From: Flectonema sp. DT1601
Taxonomy: Eukaryota
Length of the DNA: 64,000 nt
Assembly: GCA_964019425.1 (NCBI GenBank)
Contig: OZ025793.1
Coordinates: forward strand, 1,240,001-1,304,000
Reading direction: 5' to 3'
Part shown: positions 26,601 to 37,301 of the stretch, piece after piece
Layout of the letters: every line of letters begins with the position of its first letter
How positions within the stretch are numbered: the stretch's first letter is position 1
The notes under the pieces: generated by a model
Database searches by the model: none
Told to the model about the DNA's origin: nothing
Seen by the model: only the letters and a program-made list of their open reading frames with translations
Position numbers and translations under genes: made by a program

Positions 26601-28603
26601 ATCTGCAACAGAACCAACTGAGCAAGATACACTAACCAGAGACGATGACGATCTGCCTGACTTCTTAAAACCTTCGCCATCAAAGGACGCAAAGCTGCCG
26701 GAGTTCTTGAAACCAAAACCGAAACCGAAGCCCGTCTCGGATATCGATTTGGGTGACGAGCTTCCGGATTTTCTAAAACCGCAATCACAACGACGCGATT
26801 CTCAAAGAGATGACCCACCAGAGTTTATTAAGAATGATCCGCATAAGCTTCCGGATTTCTTACAGCCACCGTCTGATGTGATAAAAACTGTTAAAGAACA
26901 GTCTGAAGAAAAGACAGAAGACAAAAACCTACCGGACTTCTTGAAGGGTGCAGGAGTACCTCCGAGGGAAGTTCCTGCGGCGGGTTCTTTATTTGAAGAG
27001 GAAACTGATTTACCGGAATTCTTGCAGCAGGGGAAAGCTCCCCCAACTGATTTCGGGAGCACCTCATCAAGGGATGATAAACCGTTTGGCGAGTTTGGTG
27101 TTCAAGCCAACCCCACTATTCCACCGGAATCAAAGAGCACCCCTCCGTACACTCAGAAGCAGGACGACAGCGATTCAGATTTGCCTGAATTTCTGCGTGG
27201 CTTTAGTAAGAATTTGGAACGCACCGAACAAAAGCTTCCTGAGTTTCTTCGTGAAATTGAGTACAAGGAACGCCGTCAACCAGTCCGCGACCAATACTCA
27301 CCACCAGAATATGTTAAAGACTATCGCTACCCACTGACTACTGGTCTTTCAACTGAAAAGACTTCTGGCATAGTTGTGTTGGACGCAATTACCTGTGAGC
27401 CTAAGGACGGAAAGTCTTGGGAAGGAGTGAAAGGAGCGATCTCGTGTCACAGGGGGAAAGTTGCTTTTGGAGTAGAAATTCTGTGGGGAAGACTCGCAAG
27501 AGTTGGATGGAGTGCTGAAGGCTCATCGCTTACATTGGGAAGTGACTCTAAATCATTCGGCTACGGTGGAACTGCTAAGAAATCTCACGATGACAAATAC
27601 GAAGACTATGGAATCACTTACAGTGCTGGTGATATTGTTCATTGTTTGATAGACTTCGATGCAAAAGAGATTTCTTTCACTGTTAACGGAGAAAATCAAG
27701 GAGTTGCATACACTATTCCACCAGGTATCAGGAATTCGTCTTTCACTCCTCATGTTTTGACGAAAAGTGCTCGTCTGAGACTCTTCTTTGGCGATCAAAA
27801 ACAATCACCTCCTGACGGTATGTCACTCGTTACTTTTATCTATTTTGATGTTTTGTATTTTTGTACGGCAACTTTAATTATATCACTGGACTTGTAGAAA
27901 ACATGAATCCCAACACAGGATACGAATGGATAAGCACTGCTGGTAGTAAAACAGTAACACAACGTGTTGTGGATATTGGTAAGCAGAAGACATGCGCACT
28001 ATGTGGGCAGAGTCGGACACAACGGGACATGGAAGAGATGGGAGGTGGAAGTGGATTTTTTAGGTGTCAAGATGGCATGCAGAATGACAAATGCTCTGCG
28101 GAACGTCTCGGAAGGAGGGAAATCTCTGAAACACACACCCCCGTCGAAAAGAAAGAGAGGCCAATCGTTGAGATTACTGAAGCAGGTAAATTTGCTGAAC
28201 GCGCAGCGAACTCAATGTCGAGATCTTGGCAACGTTCGAAACCCACAAAATCAGGCGGAAGTGGAACATCTTGGAGAGACCGCGCATCGAGTATGTAATA
28301 ACATAACATTTCCAAAGGTAGTTAGTACATTATTTATCCACTAAATCAGGTTCCTCATCTGCGGTAGCAAAGCAACGATGCCGAGAATGTTGGACACTGG
28401 TCCCTGAATCGGAACTACTAACTGAAGGCAATGGTATCTTTTACTGTGACAGTAACAAGCCAAAGCCGTGCAGGTATGTCTCAATAATGTACCCGTTGTG
28501 ACACCCGTTGTAACAATTTCAAGAAATAATAAACAGCGAAAAGAGTGGAGAAGAAATAGCGAAGGAAACGAAGGACTTCACGCGATCAATGGTAGGCTGG
28601 TAG
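23689..28603 (+). CDS. repeat-rich protein with SPRY domain (hnRNP-U/DDX1 type) and two C-terminal Cys4 fingers; introns 27818-27918, ~28291-28349, ~28474-28536
   Basis: RVGWS...LGSDSKSFGYGGTAKKSH...YGITYSAGDIVHCLIDF; in-frame splicing gives PPDGYEW; CALC..C..C and CREC..C..C. Confidence 0.8.
24850..26330 (+). repeat. complex coding tandem repeat (IDNSDDDLPDFLKPQ core with alternating spacers)
   Basis: ATCGACAACTCTGATGACGATCTTCCTGACTTCCTGAAGCCTCA recurs more than ten times. Confidence 0.95.
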
Positions 28604-28881
28604 TGATGATAAAGTGAAAGTTGGATTCAAAGGTAATATTATTACGAAAGTCATACGCCACATTTGCTGAGGCAAATGCGTTGATCTATCGTCGGCATCA
28701 AGGGAATATTTTTATAATGATTTCTTTTTATCAATCTGTTGTAAATGTTGTCAATTATTACTACGCTCGTCTAAGTTGCATAGCAAACTACGGAGCTACT
28801 TGATGTCTGTCGAATGTTGTGTAGTTAACAGTAAATTAGTTTGGTTTCCCTTCACAGCAATTGTAACTACACACTAATAAC

Positions 28882-29987
28882 ATGAAAACCGCAGCCGTTA
28901 TGTTGATGGGACTGACCGGTCTCGCCCATGGTCTCACTGAGGAGTACGTTCTGGCCAACGCTAAGAGCATGTGGGCATCTTTCAAGAGAGACTACAACAA
29001 GGTATACACCCCAACTGAAGAGGTGAGAAGATTTCAAGTCTTTCAGGACAACATGATTAAGGCAATCAGTCTCGAGAAGGAGACCGGAGCCAGCCACGGA
29101 GTCAACGGCTTCTCGGACATGACCGCCGAAGAATTCAAGACTTACCACAACCTCGACGTTCCTGAGAAGGAGAGTCCACCTAGCACCTACACAGCTGAGG
29201 AGTTGAAGAAGGCCCAAGCCACTACCGTTGACTGGAGAAGTAAGGGTGTGTAGTTTTATTTATTAATGAGATCGTCTTATTGAATTAATTTTTTACATCG
29301 TCCTGAAGATCTATTGAACATATCGATCAAATAGTAATGTGAGTTATAATAGAAATGAAAACAAAAACAGGAGCTGTCACTCACGTAAAGAACCAGAGAC
29401 AGTGCGGATCTTGCTGGGCATTCTCCACCACTGGAGGAATTGAAGGACAATGGTTCCTTGCTGGTAACTCGTTAGTTGCACTTTCGGAACAGGAATTCGT
29501 ATCCTGTGATAAAACGGACAGCGGATGTAAAGGAGGGTTAATGGACAATGCTTTCAAATGGGTCATCAAAGAAAACAAGGGAGAGATTGTCACCGAAGAG
29601 TCCTACCCATACACTTCGGGAGACGGATTTTCCGGAACCTGCAAGGGATTCGTCGACAAGAAGATCGGAGCCAAGATCAACAGCCACAAAGACATCGCTC
29701 ACAATGAGGCTGACATGCAAGCATTCGTCTCCACTAGCGGTCCACTTTCGATCGCTGTTGATGCTGCTAAGTGGCAGTCATACACTGGTGGAATCCTCAC
29801 CCACTGCTGCGAGGTGTGCACCCTTGACCACGGTGTCCTTATTGTTGGATACGGTGAGGACTACTGGATCATCAAGAACTCTTGGGGAGCAAGCTGGGGA
29901 GAGTCTGGATACATTAGAGTTGCCAAGGGAAAGAACGAGTGCGGACTTAACAAGTCCCCATGCACTTCCATCGTGAACAAGAAGTAA
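28882..29987 (+). CDS. papain-family (C1A) cathepsin L/F-like cysteine peptidase; intron 29246-29370
   Basis: Signal peptide, I29 propeptide (HGVNGFSDMT), DWR..GAVT, QCGSCWAFS, LDHGV, YWIIKNSWG. Confidence 0.95.
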
Positions 29988-30336
29988 AGAGTGAATATAA
30001 GAATGAACATCCCAACCTGATTAATATACTACAATAACTTCCCTCTCTTATGTCTTTTTTCTTTTAAGTATGAGACCAATTTTTTTTGAAATATTCCATT
30101 CTCGTTCCTTCGTGAATATTTTTAATATCGAGTGAACATGTCGTGTTTTGGATCTCGTACGTCGTCCGACCGAGTTTAACACTTGGTTGTTGTCAGTTGC
30201 TAAGTGTTTCCTGAGTTTCAACATCGTTCCCTCACAGATTACCGTTGTCCATGATTACAAAGACACGAGGCTGAGTTCATGTGTTTCTGAAGGACTGTTT
30301 TTTTTTACCTTCTTCCACAGGCATCATTGACAGCGA

Positions 30337-31353
30337 ATGAACTCAGAAGAATGTAAGTGCCCACTGTGCCATGACTTGTTACTGAATCCTGTAGTCTTGC
30401 CGTGCGGGCATGTATTTTGTAGAAGATGTGCGATGGATGTTGATTGCCACTCGAAACAAGAGATGCCTAAATGTCCTGTGTGTAGACGAGTTATGATGTC
30501 AACGGTAATGCCTGAATGTACATTACTTACTGCTTTAATAAAAAGAGCTTACCCGGAGCTGCATCAGCAGCGACTCGAAGAATTAGCTGCGGATGGTCCC
30601 AATGAGCAACTGGAGCGAGCAACAATACCAATTTTTGTACTGGACGCGACACTCCCAAAGGAAGAGAGATATCTGCATATATTTGAAGAGCGATATCAAA
30701 TTATGATGAGACGGGTTCTAGAAGGAGGCAGATGTGCGAAATTCGGAATGAAAGCACAAAGCGAGCGAACTGGCACCGAAGTAGAAATAATTGAATGCCG
30801 ACCCCAACCCGGAGGACGCATGAACATGAAGATAATTGGAAGACGTATATTCACCATCCTCGAGGAAAGCATGACAGATGGGTACATAACTGGGACTATT
30901 GAATACAGGAAAGATTTTACGGATAATACTTCGTCTGCGGCCCCTGGGCTTTCTGATAAAATCGATACTTGGACTCAATTAATGACTTCAGGACACTGGA
31001 TATCACCAGTACAGCTCAGTACCATAAAACAATCCCTGGGTCCAATCCCACATTCGCAGTATGAAGTAGCAACCTGGATTGGTGTCTTACTCAGCCACCG
31101 CGGACCAATGGGAGATCCATCCCTTAAAGCCCGCTTGATATCTGCAACTCCTTCGGAGTGGTACCAAATTTCAACTTCTGCATTAGATAGATCGATTACT
31201 ACGCTGCAATCGGGTAATCACACTTCGTGGGCCCAAATCAGCCGCTTTTATTACCGCTACCCAGCTTTGTCTCAATACCTTCCTATACTATTAGTTCTGT
31301 TTCTGCTGCACTTCTTTGTTCACGGGGACAGTGATATCACTGATCCAGAGTAG
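30337..31353 (+). CDS. RING finger plus LON substrate-binding domain protein (LONRF-like) with C-terminal TM segment
   Basis: CPLC..PCGHVFCRRC..CPVCR; LHIFEERYQIMMRR; GRRIF. Confidence 0.88.
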   Translation: MNSEECKCPLCHDLLLNPVVLPCGHVFCRRCAMDVDCHSKQEMPKCPVCRRVMMSTVMPECTLLTALIKRAYPELHQQRLEELAADGPNEQLERATIPIFVLDATLPKEERYLHIFEERYQIMMRRVLEGGRCAKFGMKAQSERTGTEVEIIECRPQPGGRMNMKIIGRRIFTILEESMTDGYITGTIEYRKDFTDNTSSAAPGLSDKIDTWTQLMTSGHWISPVQLSTIKQSLGPIPHSQYEVATWIGVLLSHRGPMGDPSLKARLISATPSEWYQISTSALDRSITTLQSGNHTSWAQISRFYYRYPALSQYLPILLVLFLLHFFVHGDSDITDPE

Positions 31354-31691
31354 TTCTGCAGGTCATTCACGTTGTTGTTCCACCTGATTGAAGGCCACTG
31401 TTGCCTTGAATGACCAAACAACCTGACCAAAAGATTTTGGTTAAAAGTTTACTTCAGTCACATCTGAAGTAACAAGTTTGAACCTTTCCGCGTGTTTGTT
31501 GTGTACCACCTGTTCCAAAATCCAGAGAGAAGAAGAAGAAAAAAGTAACTCGCATGGCGGATGAAATCGGAGACCGTCACCTGGTTCCATTTCAGAGGGC
31601 AGAGGTTATTGTGTTCTTATCGTCATAGTCAGGTGTACGGTTTCTTTGTTCTCTAAACTTCACTTCCACAGGGCTGGGAGGGGGGAGGGGA

Positions 31692-32682
31692 ATGCGTCGA
31701 TTGTTCCGCGCTGCAGTGCCACGGGCGTTTGAGAGAACATTGATAGCTTCCGATGGCGTGACCGACGACGATAGAAGATGGTGGGAGTGGCATATTCCAG
31801 CAAAGCTGCACAAGGGCAGAGACACGACGGTGTTGTACTGCGACGGTGTTGGGAAGTACACGTGGAAAATGTTAATAGAAAGAGAAGTGTTTACAATTGA
31901 ACAGTTATCAAAAATAACAGATGATCAGGTAGCCGAGTTGGAGCGTGATGGATGCACTCAAGTATTAACTGCCCGCGAGCACGCAAAGGTTTTCATTGAA
32001 ACCATGGATGAAAGAGAACGAGAGCTTACTCTTCAACAGTCATCTTGGGACAAAGAAGTTGAGCGCCTCATTGAACAGCGTGAGCAGACAGCGTCATCGT
32101 TCCGCAGGGGTCTTGAAGCAAGCAGCGACAAGTTAAAGGCGGTTTGTGACATTTCCCTTTTTTACAATGAAACGTCCGAGTGTCGAATCATACAAATAAA
32201 ACAGATACAAATAAAACAGGAACGAGCAGCGGTCGGCATGGAACAGCAAAATGAAGTGCAAGCGGTTGTGGACGCCTATGACTTCGGAAAAATGAAATCA
32301 AGGCGTCATACACAAGAAAGATATGATCAGGAGCTCGGAAGGGTATGTTCATTTATTTTCACAAGAAAAAATTAAAGTATTAAGTGATTCAGTTTCAGGC
32401 TTTACCATGCATGCCGGAAAGCTGACAGCTGATGCGTTGTGAAGACTGAGGATGTTAGGTGGCAAGCTTGTTTCGGAACGGCGTCGTTTTATTGTCTCTG
32501 GCTAACTGATACTGTTTTTATAACTTTTCTTTTTTATATTTTATTGCGTTTTATTTAGTTTTATAATAAACTCATATTCAAACTGATACGAATCAACCCT
32601 TCCTGTACTGGAAACAATCAATAACAACCAATAGGAAGTCAACATTGAAGACGATGAACCCGTTGATGACCCATTCAAGTGA
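31692..32682 (+). CDS. hypothetical, possibly mitochondrial protein; introns 32142-32219 and 32343-32634
   Basis: Presequence-like MRRLFRAAVPR; GT..AG introns restore the frame to TGA at 32680-32682. Confidence 0.65.
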
Positions 32683-32812
32683 AGGGAGAATAAGGCCTTT
32701 CGACATCAGTTTCTTGAAACTTAATTTTCGGTATTCAGTGTTTGTGCTTGTGCTTGTTGCTTGTCAGCAGGTTAAATTTCATTCTTTAACAGTTCAAAAA
32801 AATAGAAAAAAG

Positions 32813-32885
32813 TGGTCACAATGGGGCTCGAACCCATGGCCAATGGCTTATTAGACCAACGCTCTACCGACTGAGCTATGCGACC
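32813..32885 (-). tRNA. tRNA-Ile (anticodon AAT)
   Basis: Minus strand reads GGTCGCATAGCTCAGTCGGTAGAGCGTTGGTCT-AAT-AAGCCATTGGCCATGGGTTCGAGCCCCATTGTGACCA; cloverleaf with one anticodon-stem mismatch, followed by a T6 terminator. Confidence 0.9.
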
Positions 32886-33389
32886 TGTATTCAAGAAAAC
32901 TGTTTTTTTTTTTCTGGTTACACTCGTCTGTGCTACCAAACTCTTTGTTTTTGTTCTTTTCACTTCTATGTTTTGTCTTTCTTTAATACTTTCTTTTTAA
33001 CTTAAGTCTGACAAATTGGAAAACACGGGAAACATAGGTAGGCTCCGCCTGAGGACGTAAGAAGAGCGGCAACGGAAAAAATAAATGGTCACGCGTCCTT
33101 GAAATTGGATACATGAAGCTAATTCGGTTGCCATTCCTACCATCGATAAGGAAAACAAAGAGTCGAGCATATAACTAGAGCGGTGGTCAAAGACCACTTG
33201 AACAGCCCGAAGGCCTGCCCTCAAGAGAAATTTATAAGGAGAATAGGAGAAGAAGGAGACAGGAGTGTTGGATGAGACACTGCTACAACACCGAAGGTGA
33301 TGTGCAGTTACCCAACCAGGAGATGATTGATAATGATGAAAATACTAAAATAATAACAAATTGATATTGGCGACTACATGTCACCTACT

Positions 33390-36300
33390 TTACTTCCAAA
33401 GTCTAAGGTTAGATGTTTGTTCCATCCACCTTATGATCAACGCGAGTGATGGAAGCCACGCCAAAGTGAAGAGAGCTTCAAGGTTAGGAATTTCGTTGGC
33501 AATAATAAGTTCTCGATCGCGATCCCACTTGCCGGTCAGTGTTGAGAAGCCCAGGATTTTGAACCTGGCAGAGTCGAGTTTGGGAGATTGACATCCCTGC
33601 AGCAGGTGAACCTGTGAGGACGGTTCGCCACAAAATGGGCAGTCGATCGTCTTGCGCCAGTTCTGAATTAGCGGGTGACATCCTGTCCGGAAGTTCGCTA
33701 TCCGTATCTCGTCGGCTCTTTCCATCCCAGGAGGGTATTTAACGGAACGGCCTCTGATGAGGTGTTTGTAGCAGGTGTAACCACTCACGTTAAGCAGATC
33801 CTTTTTGATGCAGCGCTTCACATGTGATGATCGCGAGAAGTACGTGCCTTTGACTAGCACAGGTCGGATGTTCTTGTTGTGCGCTGCTTCCTTTGCAAGC
33901 GCGTCAACTTCATCGTGAAACTCGATTCCAATGTGCGAGGGGATGAATTGCAAATGCACTTTCATCTCACACATGCGCAGGTATTCCAGTATCTTGAGGG
34001 ACTCGGTATTCCTCTGTCTGCACCTTCCACCCAGCAGTTCATCCAGAAGGGATTTTGAGTCCGTGAATATCCTCACAGATTTCATTGAACGATCTTTGCT
34101 AAACACTGTTCTCAGATGTCTAGCCGCGTTCTTCAGAGCATGTTGTTCAGCCCTGTAGCTGCAGTCAGCTTGATAAAGCCTAGACGCGTAAGCAGATCGA
34201 AGGCCGCTACGTGACTTGGCAATATGAGCCGCACCGGCCGCGCCGGAAGCAGAGTAGGAGCCATCGCAGTTGATTACCATGTCGACAGGAGGCAACGTTC
34301 CAATGTACGACATGAACTTTTCTTTGTCCACCGCAGGGTTCGCGGACTTCGGAAATCCGCAGCTGTTGCTAATCCTAAGGTTCGTCGGAGATACCCAGGG
34401 TTCCATCGAGTCAGGCTGCACAAGGCACTGGCTTTCACGCTGACTATCAGTGCCAGGGATTAGGCCAGCCCAGTAGCTTTGTGTTGAGGCGAGTCTGTTT
34501 GTATTAGGTATCCAAGTCATGGCTTTATACCGGTAGTACGCAATTTTTGTCTGCTTTTCAATCTGACGTTTAAAAGGATACATGTCAGACTCCCACAACA
34601 GTAACTCTCTTGGCGTACACTTGCTGCATCCAGTAACCAGTCTGGCGACCTTCCTCAGTTCGAAGTCGATGCTGTCAACGCTGCTGCTTATCAGCCAACC
34701 AAAACTGTCAAGCGCATACGAGATTCTCGCGGTTACATAAAGGTTCTTAACCATGTTAAGAGTCTTGTAGTCCAGTTCGTACGGCTGGAGGCACTGCAGA
34801 AGTGATATCCCCCTCTTTAATTCTTCGTGAATCTTGCCTACTTGTTTGTGGAAGGTGAGCCTGTCGTCGATGTGAACCCCGAGGTATTTTACTGAGTCGA
34901 CTATCGGTAACAGAAAGGCAGTTTTGAATATTGTTCTCACAACCATAATGCTGTCCTCACGAACGACGTATTGCAGCATCAAGTTGTCGAGTTCTTCTTG
35001 TGTCTTGATTGGGATTCCTCCAATTTCAAGAATAGTTTCGCCACTTTGAAGCATGGGTCTGGGTGATTTGAGATTGATATGCTTCTCGATGTCACCATAG
35101 TCAAGTTTAAGCATGCGTTCCTCAACAGATCTAGAGAAAAGCAGTTCGCGATTACACGTATCGTTTAGTACTATGCCCTTCGAGCGAACATTCATCTTAA
35201 GCGCACAGGTTTTGGAGACTGATAAGGCCATGTCGTTTTCAAAACACCATTGATCCACTTTGTCGAGTACTAACTGAGCATTCGAAAGAGCTTCTTCCAT
35301 GTTTGATCCTGACACCACACATGCTGTGTCATCCGCATACAGAGCAGACGTCGTTGTTTCCTTCTCTAGTTCCAAAATCTTGCAGAGGTCATCAACGTAG
35401 ATAAGATAGAGAAGAGGACCCAGGATCGATCCCTGGGGAACCCCCTTAGCCAGAGTACGGAATTCGCTAAAGTAACCATTCGCTTCAACTCTAACCTTCC
35501 TGTTTGTAAGAAAGTCTGTGATCCATCTGATAATAACATTCGGAACACCCATCTTTACTAATTTTAATAAAAGTATCTTATGGTTGATCCTGTCAAACGC
35601 AGCAGTAAAGTCGAATGACAAGAACACTGATCTCTTTTCTTCCATGTGGCTCCTTACGATAGCATCTACTAGAACGGTGATCTGCTCGCAGGTATTTCTC
35701 CCCTTTCTGAATCCAGCCTGTAGTGGGCTGAGCGACGAATGTTTTGTGAGCCAGTGCATGAGTCGGTCATACACGAGCCTCTCCGCAAGTTTCCCAACAA
35801 CCGAGGTGAGCGTTATTGGTCTGAAACTCTTTAGTTCATTACGAGGTTTCCCTGCCTTGAACATGGGCTTGATTAGTCCCTGTTTCCATTGGTACGGTAC
35901 TTTTGAAGTCTTCCAGGAAGTGTTAATAATTCTCAAGAGGTATTCCACTGTTGCCGGAGTGAAGTTTTTGATCATCTCATTGTGAACTCCATCAGGTCCT
36001 GCAGCCTTGCGGGTCTTTAGGTTCTTAATCGCAGCTTTAATTTCAGCCATTGTGAAATCACAGCAAATATCTATTTCATTATCACCTTCTGAGAGTGCGG
36101 GGGCCTCTAGCGATAATATTTCCGATTTCGAGACAAACAGGTCCAAGAATGCTGATGGTAGATCGCAGTCAGAGATGTTGTTGACACTGATATCTTTACC
36201 GGCATCTTGCTGCAGTTCTTTGATCTTCTTAAACGCAAAGGCAAAGTTGTTACCCTTGTCAAGTTGATCACGTAGGTGGACACCCTTCGATTTGGTAGAA

Positions 36301-37301
36301 TCAGGGGTTGACGTCTTCCACTTTCGTCTCCGTTTCCCTTTGAAAAGGAGACGTCGACGAATGAATTTAGCCGCCACTTCATGCAGTATGTTGTTAAAGA
36401 GCTTGGCATTCGCAGTTGCATCAACGGAGAGTCTTGATTTTCTAATTCTCTTTTCGAGCATGGTCCCAAAGCAGTTCCAGTCCGTAGACTTGAAGTCCCA
36501 TACAACGCGTTTCTTCGAACCTATCGTGGCCCGTGCAAGTTGGCACATGGGATCCAGTACGGTGTAGAGAGGTCGATGATCTGACCCATGTTTATTATCT
36601 TCTTCAATTGCACTAAATTCTTCAAGAACCATCGAGTTTGAAAAGAATACTACATCTGGCGAGGTACCACCCCCCGGGACGTCAGGAAAAGGCCTTGTGA
36701 TTGACCCCATCTTGTTAGCAACCAGTAGATCATTTTGAGCTGCCCATGCATGTAGAGTTGAACCTGCTCTCGTCGATTTAAGTGACCACACCGGATGATG
36801 GGCATTAAAGTCACCCGCGACGATTGCTTTCGTTGAGACTGGAAGATCTGACTCTCTGATCATGCATCCCGGGGGAGCATAAACATTGATGATGTCAATC
36901 TTTCCACCTATGTTGACCTTCACGACCTCGACATCATTTAAGTGTGGCGGAAGCTCCATGTTCAAACGCTGCTGAGTGTGGCATTTTTTCACCATAGAAA
37001 TAACCCCTCCACCTCGTGTTGCCCTATCATTCCGATAGGTGAAATAGTCCGTGTGCGAAATTACATCATTCGTCCAAGTCTCCTGTAGGCACAGTACGTC
37101 AGGCGCATAGGCATTAAGCAGCTTGTGAATATAAGCGCCTTTGTTCCCCATCGATCGACAGTTCCAGCTCAGTAGAGATATGAGAGAGTTGTCAGGGCCA
37201 GGGTTGCGTTCGACGTCGCCTGCCTTTAGCAGCAGTTCACGAGCCGTATCCTTTTCCACAAGTGAGTTGGTCGGACTGAGTTCATCCTCATCGTCATCTA
37301 G
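33390..37301 (-). CDS. A1 ORF2: acidic linker, 2A peptide, AP endonuclease, RT, RNase H, C-terminal CCHC
   Basis: GDVERNPGP; SWNCRS, LQETW, GDFNAH, SDH; GVPQGSILGP, YADD; DGS, FTDS, HIGIEFHDEVD; CPFC..H...C. Confidence 0.95.
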   Translation of the reverse strand, partial: LDDDEDELSPTNSLVEKDTARELLLKAGDVERNPGPDNSLISLLSWNCRSMGNKGAYIHKLLNAYAPDVLCLQETWTNDVISHTDYFTYRNDRATRGGGVISMVKKCHTQQRLNMELPPHLNDVEVVKVNIGGKIDIINVYAPPGCMIRESDLPVSTKAIVAGDFNAHHPVWSLKSTRAGSTLHAWAAQNDLLVANKMGSITRPFPDVPGGGTSPDVVFFSNSMVLEEFSAIEEDNKHGSDHRPLYTVLDPMCQLARATIGSKKRVVWDFKSTDWNCFGTMLEKRIRKSRLSVDATANAKLFNNILHEVAAKFIRRRLLFKGKRRRKWKTSTPDSTKSKGVHLRDQLDKGNNFAFAFKKIKELQQDAGKDISVNNISDCDLPSAFLDLFVSKSEILSLEAPALSEGDNEIDICCDFTMAEIKAAIKNLKTRKAAGPDGVHNEMIKNFTPATVEYLLRIINTSWKTSKVPYQWKQGLIKPMFKAGKPRNELKSFRPITLTSVVGKLAERLVYDRLMHWLTKHSSLSPLQAGFRKGRNTCEQITVLVDAIVRSHMEEKRSVFLSFDFTAAFDRINHKILLLKLVKMGVPNVIIRWITDFLTNRKVRVEANGYFSEFRTLAKGVPQGSILGPLLYLIYVDDLCKILELEKETTTSALYADDTACVVSGSNMEEALSNAQLVLDKVDQWCFENDMALSVSKTCALKMNVRSKGIVLNDTCNRELLFSRSVEERMLKLDYGDIEKHINLKSPRPMLQSGETILEIGGIPIKTQEELDNLMLQYVVREDSIMVVRTIFKTAFLLPIVDSVKYLGVHIDDRLTFHKQVGKIHEELKRGISLLQCLQPYELDYKTLNMVKNLYVTARISYALDSFGWLISSSVDSIDFELRKVARLVTGCSKCTPRELLLWESDMYPFKRQIEKQTKIAYYRYKAMTWIPNTNRLASTQSYWAGLIPGTDSQRESQCLVQPDSMEPWVSPTNLRISNSCGFPKSANPAVDKEKFMSYIGTLPPVDMVINCDGSYSASGAAGAAHIAKSRSGLRSAYASRLYQADCSYRAEQHALKNAARHLRTVFSKDRSMKSVRIFTDSKSLLDELLGGRCRQRNTESLKILEYLRMCEMKVHLQFIPSHIGIEFHDEVDALAKEAAHNKNIRPVLVKGTYFSRSSHVKRCIKKDLLNVSGYTCYKHLIRGRSVKYPPGMERADEIRIANFRTGCHPLIQNWRKTIDCPFCGEPSSQVHLLQGCQSPKLDSARFKILGFSTLTGKWDRDRELIIANEIPNLEALFTLAWLPSLALIIRWMEQTSNLRLWK

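Noticed and set aside
25226..26818. 530-aa minus-strand ORF
   Set aside because: Shadow of the coding tandem repeat on the + strand
37257..37259. GTG as the start codon of A1 ORF2
   Set aside because: Not conserved (ACA in A2), and it lies upstream of the 2A motif
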